Shown here: piece by piece, positions 18,022-27,833 of the stretch | Layout of the letters: the number at the start of each line of letters is the position of its first letter | Numbering within the stretch: position 1 is the first letter of the stretch | Source of the DNA: a candidate division WOR-3 bacterium | Lineage (GTDB): Bacteria; Hydrothermota; 32-111 | Length of the DNA stretch: 64,000 nt | Direction: 5' to 3' | NCBI GenBank assembly: GCA_037481815.1 | Contig: JBBFKX010000002.1 | Span: forward strand, 64,001 to 128,000 | Notes under the pieces: generated by a model | What the model saw: only the letters and a program-made list of their open reading frames with translations | Told to the model about the DNA's origin: nothing | Databases searched by the model: none | Translations under genes and position numbers: made by a program

Positions 18022-20685
18022 TTACTCCTTATTTTTCTTTAACTCACTCTGTGCAGCAGCAAGTCTTGCTATTGGAACTCTAAACGGCGAACATGAAACA
18101 TAATCGAAACCATTCTTATTGAAGAAATCTATCGATGCTGGATCTCCACCATGTTCTCCACAAACACCTATTTCAATATTAGGATTAACTTTTTTAGCGT
18201 CCTCAATCGCGATTTTTATCAATCTACCAACACCAACCTGATCAAGTGTCTGGAATGGATCATCTTTTAAAATCTTTTTGTCCTCAATATAGGTCTTCAG
18301 AATTGGCCCGACATCATCTCTTGAAAATCCTAAGGTGGTCTGTGTTAAATCGTTTGTTCCAAAAGAGAAGAAATCAGCTTCAGTTGCAATTTCAAAAGCT
18401 GTTAAAGCAGCTCTTGGTAACTCTATCATCGTTCCTATAAGAACCTTTAATTCCATTCCATATTCTTCGAAAACTTTTTTCATCGTGTTAACAACAACTT
18501 CTTTCTGTAACTGCAGTTCTTTAACATTTCCAACAAGAGGAATCATTATTTCAGGTATAACTTTTTTTCCTTCCTTTGTTACTATACATGCCGCTTCGAT
18601 GATCGCTCTTGTTTGCATCTCAGTTATTTCAGGATATGTTATTCCCAATCTACAACCTCTATGGCCGAGCATTGGATTCGCTTCTTTCAAACTCTCTATC
18701 TTCTGTTCAAGAATATCAACAGAGATCCCCATCTTTGAAGCCAAAATCTTTATCTGAGTTTCCTCTTTCGGTAAAAATTCATGCAATGGTGGATCAAGAG
18801 TTCTAATAACAACAGGATATCCATCCATAGCCCTGAATATTCCGATAAAATCTTCCCTCTGCATCGGCAAAATTTTGTCAAGAGCTTTTTTTCTTTCTTC
18901 TGATGTAGAAGAAAGTATCATCTGTCTCATCGCTTCAATTCTATCCTCACCAAAAAACATATGTTCGGTTCTACAGAGTCCAATACCTTTTGCTCCAAAA
19001 TTTCTTGCCGTCAAAGCATCTGAAGGTGTGTCAGCGTTTGCTCTTATTTCCAATCTTTTGAACTCATCTGTCAATTTCATCAAAGTTTCAAATTCATTTT
19101 TAAGTTCAGGTTTTACCTTGTTTACATTTCCTTCGATCACACGACCTGTTGAACCATCGATTGTGATAAAATCACCATCCTTCAAAACTTTATCCTTTAT
19201 CTTCATTATTCTTTTATCATGATCTATTTCTATATCAGAACAACCTACAACGCACGGTTTACCGAGCCCTCTGGCAACAACTGCTGCGTGAGATGTCATT
19301 CCTCCTCTTGCAGTTAAAATACCATTACATATGTTCATTCCTACAATATCCTCTGGTGATGTCTCCTCTCTAACAAGGATAAGATCGTTTTCATTCTTTT
19401 TTCTTTCTACAGCTTCTTTCGCTGAGAAAACAATTCTTCCACTTGCAGCACCTGGAGAGGCAGGTAAACCTTTTCCTAAAATGTTCAGTTTTGCTTTCGG
19501 GTCTATCATTGGATGTAACATACCATCAACATCTTTTGGAGTAACCCTTAAAACAGCGGTTTTCTTATCTATTATTCCTTCTTCATAAAGGTTTATCGCT
19601 ATCTTTATCGCTGCCTGTGGAGTTCTTTTGCCATTCCTTGTTTGGAGCATCCATAGTTTTCCTTTTTCTATAGTGAATTCCATATCCTGCATATCTTTGT
19701 AATGTTTCTCGAGAAGGTTTCTATAACCTTCAAGTTCTTTATAAAGTTCTGGCATCAACTCTTCGAGCGTTTTTTGAGAATCGTCGGTTTTCGAATTCTT
19801 GTTTATAGGTTGTGGAGTTCTTATTCCTGCAACAACATCTTCTCCCTGTGCGTTTACAAGATACTCTCCATAAAAATAGTTTTCACCTGTTGAAGGATTT
19901 CTGGTAAAAGCAACACCGGTTGCTGAATCGTTTCCCATATTTCCAAAAACCATCGACTGAACGTTTACAGCTGTTCCCCAATCTTCAGGAATCTTTTCTA
20001 TCTTTCTATATTCAATAGCTCTTTCATTGTTCCACGATTTGAATACAGCTTCTATTGCTCCCCACAACTGAACATTTACATCCTCAGGGAAATCTTTTCC
20101 TGTTTCCTTTTTAACAAGTTCTTTGTAAAGTTTCACTATCTTTTTAAGGTCATCGACATCAAGTTCAACATCCTGAGTAATTTTTTTATCTTTTTTTACT
20201 TTGCTCAATATCTCTTCAAAATGTTTATGTTCAACATGTAAAACCACATCACCATACATTTGAATAAATCTTCTGAAAGCATCATATGCGAATCTTTCAT
20301 TGTTTGTGGATTTTGCAAGCCCCAACACAGTTATTTCATTTAAACCTAAATTTAAAATTGTGTCCATCATTCCAGGCATCGATGCAGGGGCACCAGATCT
20401 AACTGAAACAAGTAAAGGATTGTTTTGATCCCCAAACTTTTTTCCTAAAATCTCCTCTAATTTTTTCATATTTTTTTCAACATCTTTTTCAAGTCCTTCT
20501 GGATATTTACCACCAGTTTTTGTAAAATAGGCACAAACTTCGGTTGTTATAGTAAAACCTGGAGGAACAGGTAAACCTAAAGACGCCATCTCTGCAAGGT
20601 TGGCTCCTTTCCCTCCTAGAAGCATCTTCATAGAAGCGTTGCCTTCTGTGACTCCTTTTCCAAAGAAGTAAATCATCTTTTCCAT
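18022..20685 (-). CDS. ppdK: Pyruvate, phosphate dikinase
   Basis: GGKGANL, SVRSGA, GGMTSHAAVVARG, GLCRTEHMF, SFGTNDL, CGEHGG. AGGAGG SD. Confidence 0.98.
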   Translation of the reverse strand: MEKMIYFFGKGVTEGNASMKMLLGGKGANLAEMASLGLPVPPGFTITTEVCAYFTKTGGKYPEGLEKDVEKNMKKLEEILGKKFGDQNNPLLVSVRSGAPASMPGMMDTILNLGLNEITVLGLAKSTNNERFAYDAFRRFIQMYGDVVLHVEHKHFEEILSKVKKDKKITQDVELDVDDLKKIVKLYKELVKKETGKDFPEDVNVQLWGAIEAVFKSWNNERAIEYRKIEKIPEDWGTAVNVQSMVFGNMGNDSATGVAFTRNPSTGENYFYGEYLVNAQGEDVVAGIRTPQPINKNSKTDDSQKTLEELMPELYKELEGYRNLLEKHYKDMQDMEFTIEKGKLWMLQTRNGKRTPQAAIKIAINLYEEGIIDKKTAVLRVTPKDVDGMLHPMIDPKAKLNILGKGLPASPGAASGRIVFSAKEAVERKKNENDLILVREETSPEDIVGMNICNGILTARGGMTSHAAVVARGLGKPCVVGCSDIEIDHDKRIMKIKDKVLKDGDFITIDGSTGRVIEGNVNKVKPELKNEFETLMKLTDEFKRLEIRANADTPSDALTARNFGAKGIGLCRTEHMFFGEDRIEAMRQMILSSTSEERKKALDKILPMQREDFIGIFRAMDGYPVVIRTLDPPLHEFLPKEETQIKILASKMGISVDILEQKIESLKEANPMLGHRGCRLGITYPEITEMQTRAIIEAACIVTKEGKKVIPEIMIPLVGNVKELQLQKEVVVNTMKKVFEEYGMELKVLIGTMIELPRAALTAFEIATEADFFSFGTNDLTQTTLGFSRDDVGPILKTYIEDKKILKDDPFQTLDQVGVGRLIKIAIEDAKKVNPNIEIGVCGEHGGDPASIDFFNKNGFDYVSCSPFRVPIARLAAAQSELKKNKE

Positions 20686-20726
20686 CTTATTAACCTCCTG
20701 ATTTTTTGAAAATTTTTAAGAATTGT

Positions 20727-20755
20727 ATTTTATTATAAATAAACATAAAAATCAA
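20727..20755 (-). promoter_or_regulatory. sigma70-like promoter for the ppdK-serS-spoIID-omp85-tamB operon
   Basis: TTGATT(20755-20750)-17 bp-TAAAAT(20732-20727). Confidence 0.5.
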
Positions 20756-20775
20756 GTATTTTATTTTCTTCCATG

Positions 20776-20803
20776 TTGACAAAATAGTAAAAAAAGATAC
20801 TAT
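20776..20803 (+). promoter_or_regulatory. sigma70-like promoter, leaderless
   Basis: TTGACA-16 bp-TACTAT, 6 nt before ATG 20810, no SD. Confidence 0.7.
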
Positions 20804-20809
20804 TCTTTT

Positions 20810-22075
20810 ATGAAAAATTATAAAAAGTATTTTCCATTTTTTAAAAATAATCCAAAAAAAGTTTATCTTGATAGTGCATGTATGGGATTAAAACCATACA
20901 CTGTAATAAAAAGTATAAACGAATATTATCTAAAATATTCGATCTGTGCAGGGAGATCTACTTATAAACTATCAAAAGATCTCGAAGAGAAACTTGATAT
21001 TTCAAGAGAAAAGATTGCAAAACTCATCAACGCAAAAAGTAAAAGAGAGATTGTCTGGACCAAAAACACAACAGAATCGATAAACATTTTAGCGAAATCT
21101 TTTAGATTCGAAAAGGATAAAAAAAGAGTTATCATAACAGAAAAGGAGCACAATTCGAATCATTGTGTTTGGAAAGAATTATCCAAAAAAGGTATTATAG
21201 ATCTTACAATTTTAGATGTGAACAAAGATAACACTTTTAACTTAGAGATGCTTGAAGAACAACTAAAAAAAGGTGATGTCGGTATTGTATCAACGGTTCA
21301 TATTTCAAATCTTGATGGGATCGAAAACCCAATAAAAAAAATATCAGAGTTAACACATAAATACGGAGCATACCTTTTGATCGATGCGGCACAATCTGTT
21401 CCACATACCAAAGTTGATGTTTCAAAAAATTCAATAGATTTTCTGGCTTTTTCAATACATAAACTCTATGGGCCAACGGGACTTGGAGTGTTGTATGTAA
21501 AAAGCGAACTTTTCGATAAACTTGATCTTTACAATGTTGGGGGAGACACTATAAGAAACACTTTTATCGATAAAGACCCAGAATACAGAACATATCCTTA
21601 CAAATATGAAGCGGGACTTGCTTATTTTTCTGGGATATACGGTGTTTCATCGGTTGTTGATTTCATAAACAAAATTGGTTATCAAAATATGGAAGAAAGG
21701 ATCAATCTTTTGAACAACAGATTCAGACAGTTTTTAAAACAGTTTGAAGAAATTAAGATAATAGGTGATATCGAATCAGAAGATAAAATAAAAGGTATCA
21801 CAACATTTTTCATAAAAAAGTTTACAAGATTTTCGGAAAATGATCCAACGATTGGAGAAAAACTTGATAAAAAATATAACATACTCTTAAGAACAGGTTT
21901 TTTCTGTGTTAACCCATATTTTGATAACAGAGAAAAAAGAGGTGAGATTAATCCTATATACTACCCAGCGATAAGAGCATCATTTGGTTTTTACAACGAC
22001 GAAGAGGACCTTGAAAAACTGGAAAAAAGTATAAAAGGTATTTTAAATTCTCTTAAAGGTTGGCCAACATTATGA
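20810..22075 (+). CDS. Class V aminotransferase / SufS-like cysteine desulfurase
   Basis: YLDSAC, NTTESIN, EHNSN, DAAQ, PLP lysine in SIHKLYGPTG, catalytic Cys in RTGFFC, RASFGFYN. Confidence 0.88.
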   Translation: MKNYKKYFPFFKNNPKKVYLDSACMGLKPYTVIKSINEYYLKYSICAGRSTYKLSKDLEEKLDISREKIAKLINAKSKREIVWTKNTTESINILAKSFRFEKDKKRVIITEKEHNSNHCVWKELSKKGIIDLTILDVNKDNTFNLEMLEEQLKKGDVGIVSTVHISNLDGIENPIKKISELTHKYGAYLLIDAAQSVPHTKVDVSKNSIDFLAFSIHKLYGPTGLGVLYVKSELFDKLDLYNVGGDTIRNTFIDKDPEYRTYPYKYEAGLAYFSGIYGVSSVVDFINKIGYQNMEERINLLNNRFRQFLKQFEEIKIIGDIESEDKIKGITTFFIKKFTRFSENDPTIGEKLDKKYNILLRTGFFCVNPYFDNREKRGEINPIYYPAIRASFGFYNDEEDLEKLEKSIKGILNSLKGWPTL

Positions 22076-22461
22076 AAAAGAATCAACTAAAAAAATATCT
22101 CATCAAAATCCAGAAGGAAAATAAAGAACCTATAAAAAATTTCAACATTTCGATCGAAGGATCTGTGTGCGATACGAACACAAAATTCAAAGATGTTGTT
22201 TCCTTTTATATTTTAAATGAAAATGGAGTGATAAAGGAAATTTCAGTGAAATGTGGGCCCTGTGATCCTTACGCGTACATCACATCCAATATACTTTCTA
22301 AAATCTTAAAGGGACTAAAGATTGAACAGATAAGAATAAACAACGATATGATATACCAAGAATTTTTAAAATCTCTCGATTATAGGATCGATGAGGATAT
22401 GAGATTCCATTTTGAAACTCTTCTAAAAATCCTGGAAGATAAATTGAATGAAATCAAATAA
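22072..22461 (+). CDS. Divergent NifU/IscU/SufU-like (U-type) protein
   Basis: ATGA overlap with the desulfurase stop. GSVCD, then CGPCD..AYITSNIL..ILKG, resembles the U-type fold pattern. Confidence 0.55.
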   Translation: MKKNQLKKYLIKIQKENKEPIKNFNISIEGSVCDTNTKFKDVVSFYILNENGVIKEISVKCGPCDPYAYITSNILSKILKGLKIEQIRINNDMIYQEFLKSLDYRIDEDMRFHFETLLKILEDKLNEIK

Positions 22462-22484
22462 AGTTTTATTAGGCTAACAATTTT

Positions 22485-23636
22485 TTATTTCATAAATTCA
22501 ACAATCCTGGTAATATAATCATAATCAATCTTTAAATTTCTTGTGGGAGCACATTCGATCACATTTTTCTTTATCTCTTCATAATCTTTTATCCCATAGA
22601 ATGAAAGTCGTGTTGGTGATTCTATATCCACAAAAAATTTTTCAATTTCCTCTATACTTTTTTCAATAACATACTCTTTTGAACCATTCAATCCAAAAAT
22701 ATTTTTACCAAAAAGAAAAAATTTCTCTGAATATTTATCTTTGTTTACTTTCATCCACGCTGGAATAACTATAGACAGTCCAGCTCCATGTGGAACATCA
22801 AACAATGCACTTAAAGCGTGTTCAATAAGATGGTTTTCAAATTTATATTTACCGATACCTGCCGTCGTTATACCTGAGAGTCCGAGTGCTGCAGCCCACA
22901 TAATGTTGGCCCTCTCGTGAAGATTTTCCGGATCTTTCAGAACTTTATAAGTCGAATCAATTACAGTTTTAACTATCGTTTCTGTAAAACCATTCTGAAT
23001 AGGGGTGTTCTCTTCTTCTGATGTAAAATATCCCTCAAGAACATGAGATATTATATCAACTGAAGCGTAAGCAGTATAATCTTTTGGAAGAGTCACAGTT
23101 AATTTCGGATCAAGAATGGAAAATTTTGGAAAAAGATTTTCACTCTGTATTCTTATTTTATGCTTTAATTTATCATTTTGAATCACAGAAATTGGATTGA
23201 ATTCACTCCCTGTTGCAGAAACAGTTAAAATTACCATAAGCGGAAGAGCTCTGTCTATTTTAATATCCTTTGAGAAAAGATCCCATGGGTCATTCTCATA
23301 AAAATAACCAGCCGCAATCGCTTTTCCCGTATCGATAACACTTCCTCCACCTAGGGTAACTATAGAATCTATTTTTTCTTTTCTTGCGATTTCAATTCCC
23401 TCTTTCACTTTTTCTATCACAGGGTTAGGTTTTACACCTTCAAGGATAAAATATTCTGAACCATTTTCTTCAATCATTTTTATAAGTTTTTCCAGAAGAC
23501 CATATTTTTTTACAGATCCTTTCCCTATTATAACCAAATGTTTTTTCCCTAAATTTTTTAAATACTCCTTTGATGAATAAAATTTATCAACACCAAATAT
23601 GATTTTAACTGGATTATAGAATATGAAACTGTTCAT
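22485..23636 (-). CDS. Iron-containing alcohol dehydrogenase (NADPH-dependent butanol dehydrogenase, BdhA/YqhD-like)
   Basis: GGGSVIDTGK, TVSATGSE, DIISHVLE, HLIEHALSA...HGAGL. Confidence 0.92.
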   Translation of the reverse strand: MNSFIFYNPVKIIFGVDKFYSSKEYLKNLGKKHLVIIGKGSVKKYGLLEKLIKMIEENGSEYFILEGVKPNPVIEKVKEGIEIARKEKIDSIVTLGGGSVIDTGKAIAAGYFYENDPWDLFSKDIKIDRALPLMVILTVSATGSEFNPISVIQNDKLKHKIRIQSENLFPKFSILDPKLTVTLPKDYTAYASVDIISHVLEGYFTSEEENTPIQNGFTETIVKTVIDSTYKVLKDPENLHERANIMWAAALGLSGITTAGIGKYKFENHLIEHALSALFDVPHGAGLSIVIPAWMKVNKDKYSEKFFLFGKNIFGLNGSKEYVIEKSIEEIEKFFVDIESPTRLSFYGIKDYEEIKKNVIECAPTRNLKIDYDYITRIVEFMK

Positions 23637-23658
23637 ACTTTCTCCTTTTTTACAAATG

Positions 23659-23686
23659 ATTATAAATTTTTATCGCTAAAATTCAA
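23659..23686 (-). promoter_or_regulatory. sigma70-like promoter for the Fe-ADH gene
   Basis: TTGAAT-16 bp-TATAAT, followed by an AAGGAG SD. Confidence 0.6.
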
Positions 23687-23740
23687 TATTAATTAAAAAT
23701 TTTTTTTAAAAAATTGTCAAAAGTTATCTTTTTGATACTG

Positions 23741-23768
23741 TTGACATACTCAAAAGATTCTATATAAT
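23741..23768 (+). promoter_or_regulatory. Consensus sigma70 promoter
   Basis: TTGACA-16 bp-TATAAT, followed by an AAAGGAGGT SD before ATG 23802. Confidence 0.8.
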
Positions 23769-23801
23769 ACCAAAAAAATTTTTTAAAGGAGGTATTATAA
23801 A

Positions 23802-24483
23802 ATGAAGAAACTTTTTATTTATCTATTTGTAATTTTAACTATCGTTGCAATATCCTGTTCAAAACAGGAAGTAAAAATTGAAGGCAATTACAAATATTCG
23901 GTTGCTTTCACAAAAAAGATTAATTTTAAAGACATTAAAAATGTCACACTCGGTGACACAACCTACGCTTTTGGTGAAATAAATCTCTACTGGGATCTAA
24001 AAGAAGAACCAAAAGGAACAAATATCATTATTGAAAAAGCAGAAAATACAGATTCAGTTTATCAGGAACCAATAGGATATCAACTCAAAAAGACAGATTA
24101 CTTTTACAGACAAAATTTCTTCTTCAGGGAAATACTTCTATAAGGTTTCTATAGACAAAAATCTTATAAACAAGTATTCAATAGAGATCCCGGAGTTAAC
24201 AATCTATTCACCAACAACAAAAGATACAGCAGTTGCATGCAAAAATTTGACAATCTATTTCAACAAAATCAACGGAGCACAGAAATACAATATAACTCTT
24301 GTCGATTATAAAAATAACCCTGTATGGACACTTGAAAGCGCAGACACACAGATCACATACACAGGTAATCCACTTGAGCAAGGTTATGTTTACAACCTTA
24401 TAGTTTCTACAGAAGTTCTTGTTGATTCAGTAAACAAAATAAATCTAACTTCAGAATCACAATTTTTGGTAAACAAAAAGTAA
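23802..24483 (+). pseudogene. Frameshifted lipoprotein gene with Ig/fibronectin-III-like beta domains (pseudogene or assembly error)
   Basis: Lipobox AISC. The first frame stops at 24143. The +1 frame is open from 24076 (DINSKRQITFTDKISSSGKYFYKVSIDK...) through the 24247..24483 ORF. Confidence 0.7.
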
Positions 24484-24507
24484 AAGTTTCTAATCAAGGA
24501 TAAAAAT

Positions 24508-24538
24508 AAAAAGGGGGAGTTTAAAACCCCCCTTTTTT
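24508..24538. terminator. Bidirectional intrinsic terminator
   Basis: AAAAAGGGGG-agtttaaaa-CCCCCCTTTTTT between convergent genes. Confidence 0.8.
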
Positions 24539-25427
24539 AATTATTGGGTTCTATATGGATGTTTATATAAAAATTTTTACCATATTTTTCAGTTAACTTA
24601 TCCTCCACAACCTCTGTTATCTTATGTGCCTTCTCTACAGTTATCGATTTATCCACTTCTATATGAATATCTATAGCAATATAATTCCCGATTCTTCTCG
24701 TCTGAATACTGTGCGGATTTATTACTCCGTCCACACTGTTTATAATTTGTAATATATCATCCTCTTCTTTTGAACTCAACGATTTTTCTGTTAACTCATC
24801 GTAAGCATCTTTAACAATGTCTAAACCAACCTTAATGATGAAAAATGTAACTATTATCGCTGATATTGGGTCAAAGATTATTAAACTCCTATTAAAAACA
24901 GCAAGTCCAATCCCTACACTTGTTGCTATCGATGAGAATGCATCAGATCTATGGTGCCAGGCATTTGCTCTTATCGATTGACTTTTGATTCTATCAGCAA
25001 TAAAAACTGTGTACCTGTATAAACCTTCTTTCACAATTATGGATAAAAATGCAAAGAGAAAGGTTATTCGGTTGGGCTGTAGGACTTCAGATCCTTTAAT
25101 AATAAAAAAAATCGTTTTTGCTGAAGAATAAAAAATAAAAGCACCAACAAAGATTAAAAAAATTCCAACAACAAATGTTGCGAAAGTTTCAATTTTTCCG
25201 TGGCCATAGTCGTGTGAATCATCAACAGGTTTTGAAGAAAATTTTAAACCAAAGATTACCACAATATCTGTAATAAAATCTGACAACGAATGAAACCCAT
25301 CAGCTACGAGTGCTCTACTTTTACCAACGATTCCAAAAAATATTTTTAACGAGGTTAAAGCAATATTTATGAAAAGCCCAATCAAAGTTACTCTGATACC
25401 TTCCTGTTTTCTTTTTTGATTATCCAT
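24537..25427 (-). CDS. Cation diffusion facilitator family transporter (FieF-like)
   Basis: ADGFHSLSD, HDYGHGKIE, ANAWHHRSD, DIHIEV, IHIEP. Confidence 0.95.
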   Translation of the reverse strand: MDNQKRKQEGIRVTLIGLFINIALTSLKIFFGIVGKSRALVADGFHSLSDFITDIVVIFGLKFSSKPVDDSHDYGHGKIETFATFVVGIFLIFVGAFIFYSSAKTIFFIIKGSEVLQPNRITFLFAFLSIIVKEGLYRYTVFIADRIKSQSIRANAWHHRSDAFSSIATSVGIGLAVFNRSLIIFDPISAIIVTFFIIKVGLDIVKDAYDELTEKSLSSKEEDDILQIINSVDGVINPHSIQTRRIGNYIAIDIHIEVDKSITVEKAHKITEVVEDKLTEKYGKNFYINIHIEPNN

Positions 25428-25433
25428 AGCTTT

Positions 25434-25461
25434 ATTATAAAAGGTGAATGTAGTTTGTCAA
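25434..25461 (-). promoter_or_regulatory. Consensus sigma70 promoter, leaderless
   Basis: TTGACA(25461-25456)-16 bp-TATAAT(25439-25434), 6 nt to ATG 25427, no SD. Confidence 0.75.
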
Positions 25462-25463
25462 TA

Positions 25464-25491
25464 TTGACTTTAACGATAATCAATATAAAAT
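25464..25491 (+). promoter_or_regulatory. sigma70-like promoter for the degP-sigma-M23 operon
   Basis: TTGACT-16 bp-TAAAAT, then a GGAGGT SD. Confidence 0.7.
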
Positions 25492-25520
25492 TATTATTTC
25501 AGAAAAATCGGAGGTGTCAT

Positions 25521-26981
25521 ATGAAAAGAAATCTGATGGTATTTATAATAGTTTTATCTGTTTTTATTCTTGGAATAATTTCAGCAAAAATTGTTGATAT
25601 AGTAGAAGCACAATCAACACTTGGTGAAGTAAAAACAATTTCTTCAGATTATGCATCTTCAGGTTATCCAAATTTTAGAGAATTGGCAAAAAAAGTTATT
25701 CCTGCTGTTGTTCATATATCTAGTGAAACTGTTGTCAAGGTTTCTCCCTTTTTTCCATTCGATGATCCCTTCTTTAGAGAATTTTTCAAAGATTTTCCAC
25801 AACTTGAGAATAAAAATAGATCCCTTGGGACCGGATTTTTAATTTCTCCAGATGGTTATATAGTCACAAACTATCATGTGATAAAAGGTGCACAAAAAAT
25901 TTCAATCAAACTCCTTGATGGAAGAGAGTTCAAAGAAAAAGAAATAGAAATTGTAGGTAAAGATGATAGAACCGATATAGCACTTTTAAAATTGAAAAAT
26001 GTTAAAAATATGCCCTATTTAAATTTTGGAGATTCAGACAATATAGAGGTTGGCGACTGGGTAATGGCTGCTGGTAATCCATTCGGTTTTGATGGAACAA
26101 TAACAGTTGGAGTTATATCAGCAAAAAATAGAACCAACATAAATCTTTCAGAAGGACCTGTATATCAAGATTTCATTCAAACTGATGCATCAATAAATCC
26201 AGGTAATTCTGGAGGGCCACTTGTAGATGTTTACGGAAACGTTATCGGTGTTAACACTGCAATCGCATCACCATCAGGTGGAAATGTTGGTATAGGTTTT
26301 GCAATTCCTTCAAACATGGTTGTCATGGTCATAAACCAGCTTAAAGATAAAGGTCTTGTTTCAAGAGGCTACCTGGGAATATATCCTCAGGAGTTGACAT
26401 CCGATCTAAAAAAGAAATTTAAGATGAAAGAGGAAGATACTGGAATACTCGTTTCACAGGTTGAAGAAAATTCTCCTGCTTATAAAGCAGGGCTAAAGGA
26501 AGGAGATATAATTTTAGAGTTTGATGGAAAAAAGGTTGAAAATGTGAGTAAATTCAGAATTCTTGTAGCACAAACAAAAGTTGGGAAAAATGTAAAAATT
26601 TTAATTTTAAGAGATGGTAATAAAATTACTCTTGAAGCAAAGATCGGTGAACTTAAAGAGGATCTCGCACAAAAAGAAGAAGAAAAACAGATCGAAAGTA
26701 AATGGCTTGGAATTGTTGTTGATGAGATAACAACTGATTATAAAAATCAGTTCAATATCACAATAGATAAAGGAGTTGTAATCACAGATATTGAAAATAA
26801 TTCACCTGTAATAGAAGCAGGGATAAGGGTTGGCGATGTTATCGTAAAAATTGAAGACATGAAAATAACAAATATTTCAGACTATAAAAATGCAGAAAAA
26901 AAGTATGGTAAAAATGAAGATGTTCTTTTAACCCTTAAAAGAGGAAATCTAAACATCTGGGTTGTTGTGAAAACAAAATAA
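25521..26981 (+). CDS. DegP/DegQ (HtrA) serine protease with two PDZ domains
   Basis: N-terminal signal/TM, TNYHV, TDIAL, NPGNSGG, two PDZ (GYLGI, WLGI). ATG 25521 follows GGAGGT. Confidence 0.95.
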   Translation: MKRNLMVFIIVLSVFILGIISAKIVDIVEAQSTLGEVKTISSDYASSGYPNFRELAKKVIPAVVHISSETVVKVSPFFPFDDPFFREFFKDFPQLENKNRSLGTGFLISPDGYIVTNYHVIKGAQKISIKLLDGREFKEKEIEIVGKDDRTDIALLKLKNVKNMPYLNFGDSDNIEVGDWVMAAGNPFGFDGTITVGVISAKNRTNINLSEGPVYQDFIQTDASINPGNSGGPLVDVYGNVIGVNTAIASPSGGNVGIGFAIPSNMVVMVINQLKDKGLVSRGYLGIYPQELTSDLKKKFKMKEEDTGILVSQVEENSPAYKAGLKEGDIILEFDGKKVENVSKFRILVAQTKVGKNVKILILRDGNKITLEAKIGELKEDLAQKEEEKQIESKWLGIVVDEITTDYKNQFNITIDKGVVITDIENNSPVIEAGIRVGDVIVKIEDMKITNISDYKNAEKKYGKNEDVLLTLKRGNLNIWVVVKTK

Positions 26982-26999
26982 AAATCAAGGAAGGTAAAG

Positions 27000-27833
27000 A
27001 TAAAAGAGATAAATGATGTTTCACTTGAAATGTATCTTAAAGAGATAAAGAAATATCCTTTACTTTCTGAAAGGGAAGAAAAAGAACTTGCAAAAAAAAT
27101 AAGAGAAGGAGACAAAAAAGCACTTGAAAAGTTAATTTTAGGAAACCTTCGTTTTGTGGTTAATGTTGCAAAAGAGTATCAGGGCAAAGGATTAACACTC
27201 GCAGAACTTATAAATGAAGGAAATTATGGTTTGATAAAAGCAGCTCAAAAATTTGATGAAACAAAAAATGTTAAGTTCATATCCTACGCTGTATGGTGGA
27301 TAAGGCAGTCGATCATGAAAGCGATACTTGAAAATAACAGTAACATAAGAATTCCATTATCCCAGATAACAAAAATAAACGCTGTTAATAGAGCACAACA
27401 GGAGATACTCGATCAGGAAAACAGAGTTCCGACTTTTAAAGAGATCGCTGATAAAATTGGAATGTCTGAAAATGAAGTTAAAAATATTTTGAATCTCAAT
27501 AAAGTCGAACTCTCTCTTTCAGATCCAATAGGGGATGATGAGAATCTCTATCTCGGTGATACCATAATAGAAGAAAATGAATTATCACCGGAAGAAACAT
27601 TACTGAGAAAAAGATATAAAGAAACTTTAAAAAATCAACTTGAAAAACTTTCTGAAAGGGAAGCATTGGTTTTGAAAAAATATTTTGGACTTGATGATTA
27701 TAGACCACATACTCTCGAAGAAATAGGAAAAGAATTGAATATTTCAAGAGAAAGGGTAAGACAGATTAAAGACAGAGCGATAAACAGATTAAAAGAGATG
27801 ACCAAAAATGTACTGGAGCCATACGATGGATAA
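27000..27833 (+). CDS. RNA polymerase sigma70 factor, short RpoD/SigA-family type lacking region 1.1
   Basis: Region 1.2 SLEMYLKEI, NLRFVVNVAK, YAVWWIRQSI, TLEEIG...SRERVRQI. First ATG is 27030; probable start is ATA 27000. Confidence 0.92.
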   Translation: MKEINDVSLEMYLKEIKKYPLLSEREEKELAKKIREGDKKALEKLILGNLRFVVNVAKEYQGKGLTLAELINEGNYGLIKAAQKFDETKNVKFISYAVWWIRQSIMKAILENNSNIRIPLSQITKINAVNRAQQEILDQENRVPTFKEIADKIGMSENEVKNILNLNKVELSLSDPIGDDENLYLGDTIIEENELSPEETLLRKRYKETLKNQLEKLSEREALVLKKYFGLDDYRPHTLEEIGKELNISRERVRQIKDRAINRLKEMTKNVLEPYDG

